Shown in pieces: positions 23,521 through 24,000 of a stretch of 24,000 bases of DNA (positions are counted from its first letter, which is position 1; each line of letters opens with the position of its first letter). Below the pieces are notes generated by a model. The model saw only the letters and a list, made by a program, of their open reading frames with translations. It did not search any database and was not told the origin of the DNA. The position numbers and the translations under genes were made by a program. The stretch lies in sequence record NC_030915.1. One strand, given 5' to 3'. This DNA is from Gordonia phage Orchid.

Positions 23521-24000
23521 AGGCTTAAGTAATGTGTGAGCATGAAACGTCAGCGAGAAGATCACAAGGGTGATAATTCGGTTCGGTGAATTGGGATTAA
23601 CTGAAAGTAATCGGTATTGCTATGTTTGTTCGGTTAATTGGGATTAATTGAAGTGTCACGTTCTTTTGATTAATGGGTAATTGTTGAATCGGTGTATTAA
23701 GGGGATTACGAAATATGGGCAAAGAAATAGGGGATATGAAAACGGGGGATTACTCGAATTTCTCGCATTTACTTTTGTTTTGAATTCGCGCGAAATTCGA
23801 TCAGCATTCCGTGAATTCTTGCCGAATTCATGGGAATGGTGGGTAATGGCATTTCTCGAATTCCATAAATGATACCGGGATATCGAATTCTGGCCCATTT
23901 ATCTATTCCGTCGACCATGCTCGATAACGTCGGTTATCGCGCAGGGCATTCGATATGGGATTAATTTTTTGGAAAGGGGAGAGGTCGAAAAGCGGCGCTC

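Noticed and set aside
23656-23898. Minus-strand 80-aa and plus-strand 63-aa ORFs
   Set aside because: In the AT-rich repeat region, overlapping on opposite strands, no SD or recognisable domain.

Overview
Almost every supported gene in this window is on the minus strand, in dense runs of short overlapping ORFs typical of a tailed-phage (or phage-plasmid) accessory/early region. The host is probably an actinobacterium; this is inferred from the tmRNA style, a DUF732-like protein and Streptomyces/Mycobacterium-type parS sites. Anchors I can support: the N-terminus of a tyrosine recombinase running off the left edge; a 734-aa HELGH-metallopeptidase + VWA protein encoded near a MoxR-type AAA+ ATPase; a complete phage tmRNA (ssrA) with an unusually long 29-aa tag, next to tRNA-Leu(TAA); a DUF932-like protein; and two putative lipoproteins. 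The most striking non-coding signals are: (1) two perfect copies of the bacterial parS palindrome TGTTTCACGTGAAACA about 1 kb apart, one embedded in a 32-bp palindrome inside a repeated intergenic module; (2) a gene-free right end (~22.56-24.0 kb) with a dyad-symmetric TACGTAGG array, exact 39-bp-periodic TTGTATTARGTG iterons and TTAA-rich repeats, resembling a replication or partition region; (3) 40-bp tandem leader repeats carrying their own SD/ATG; (4) a 28-bp perfect hairpin. All calls were made by eye from sequence, with no database search or folding software.
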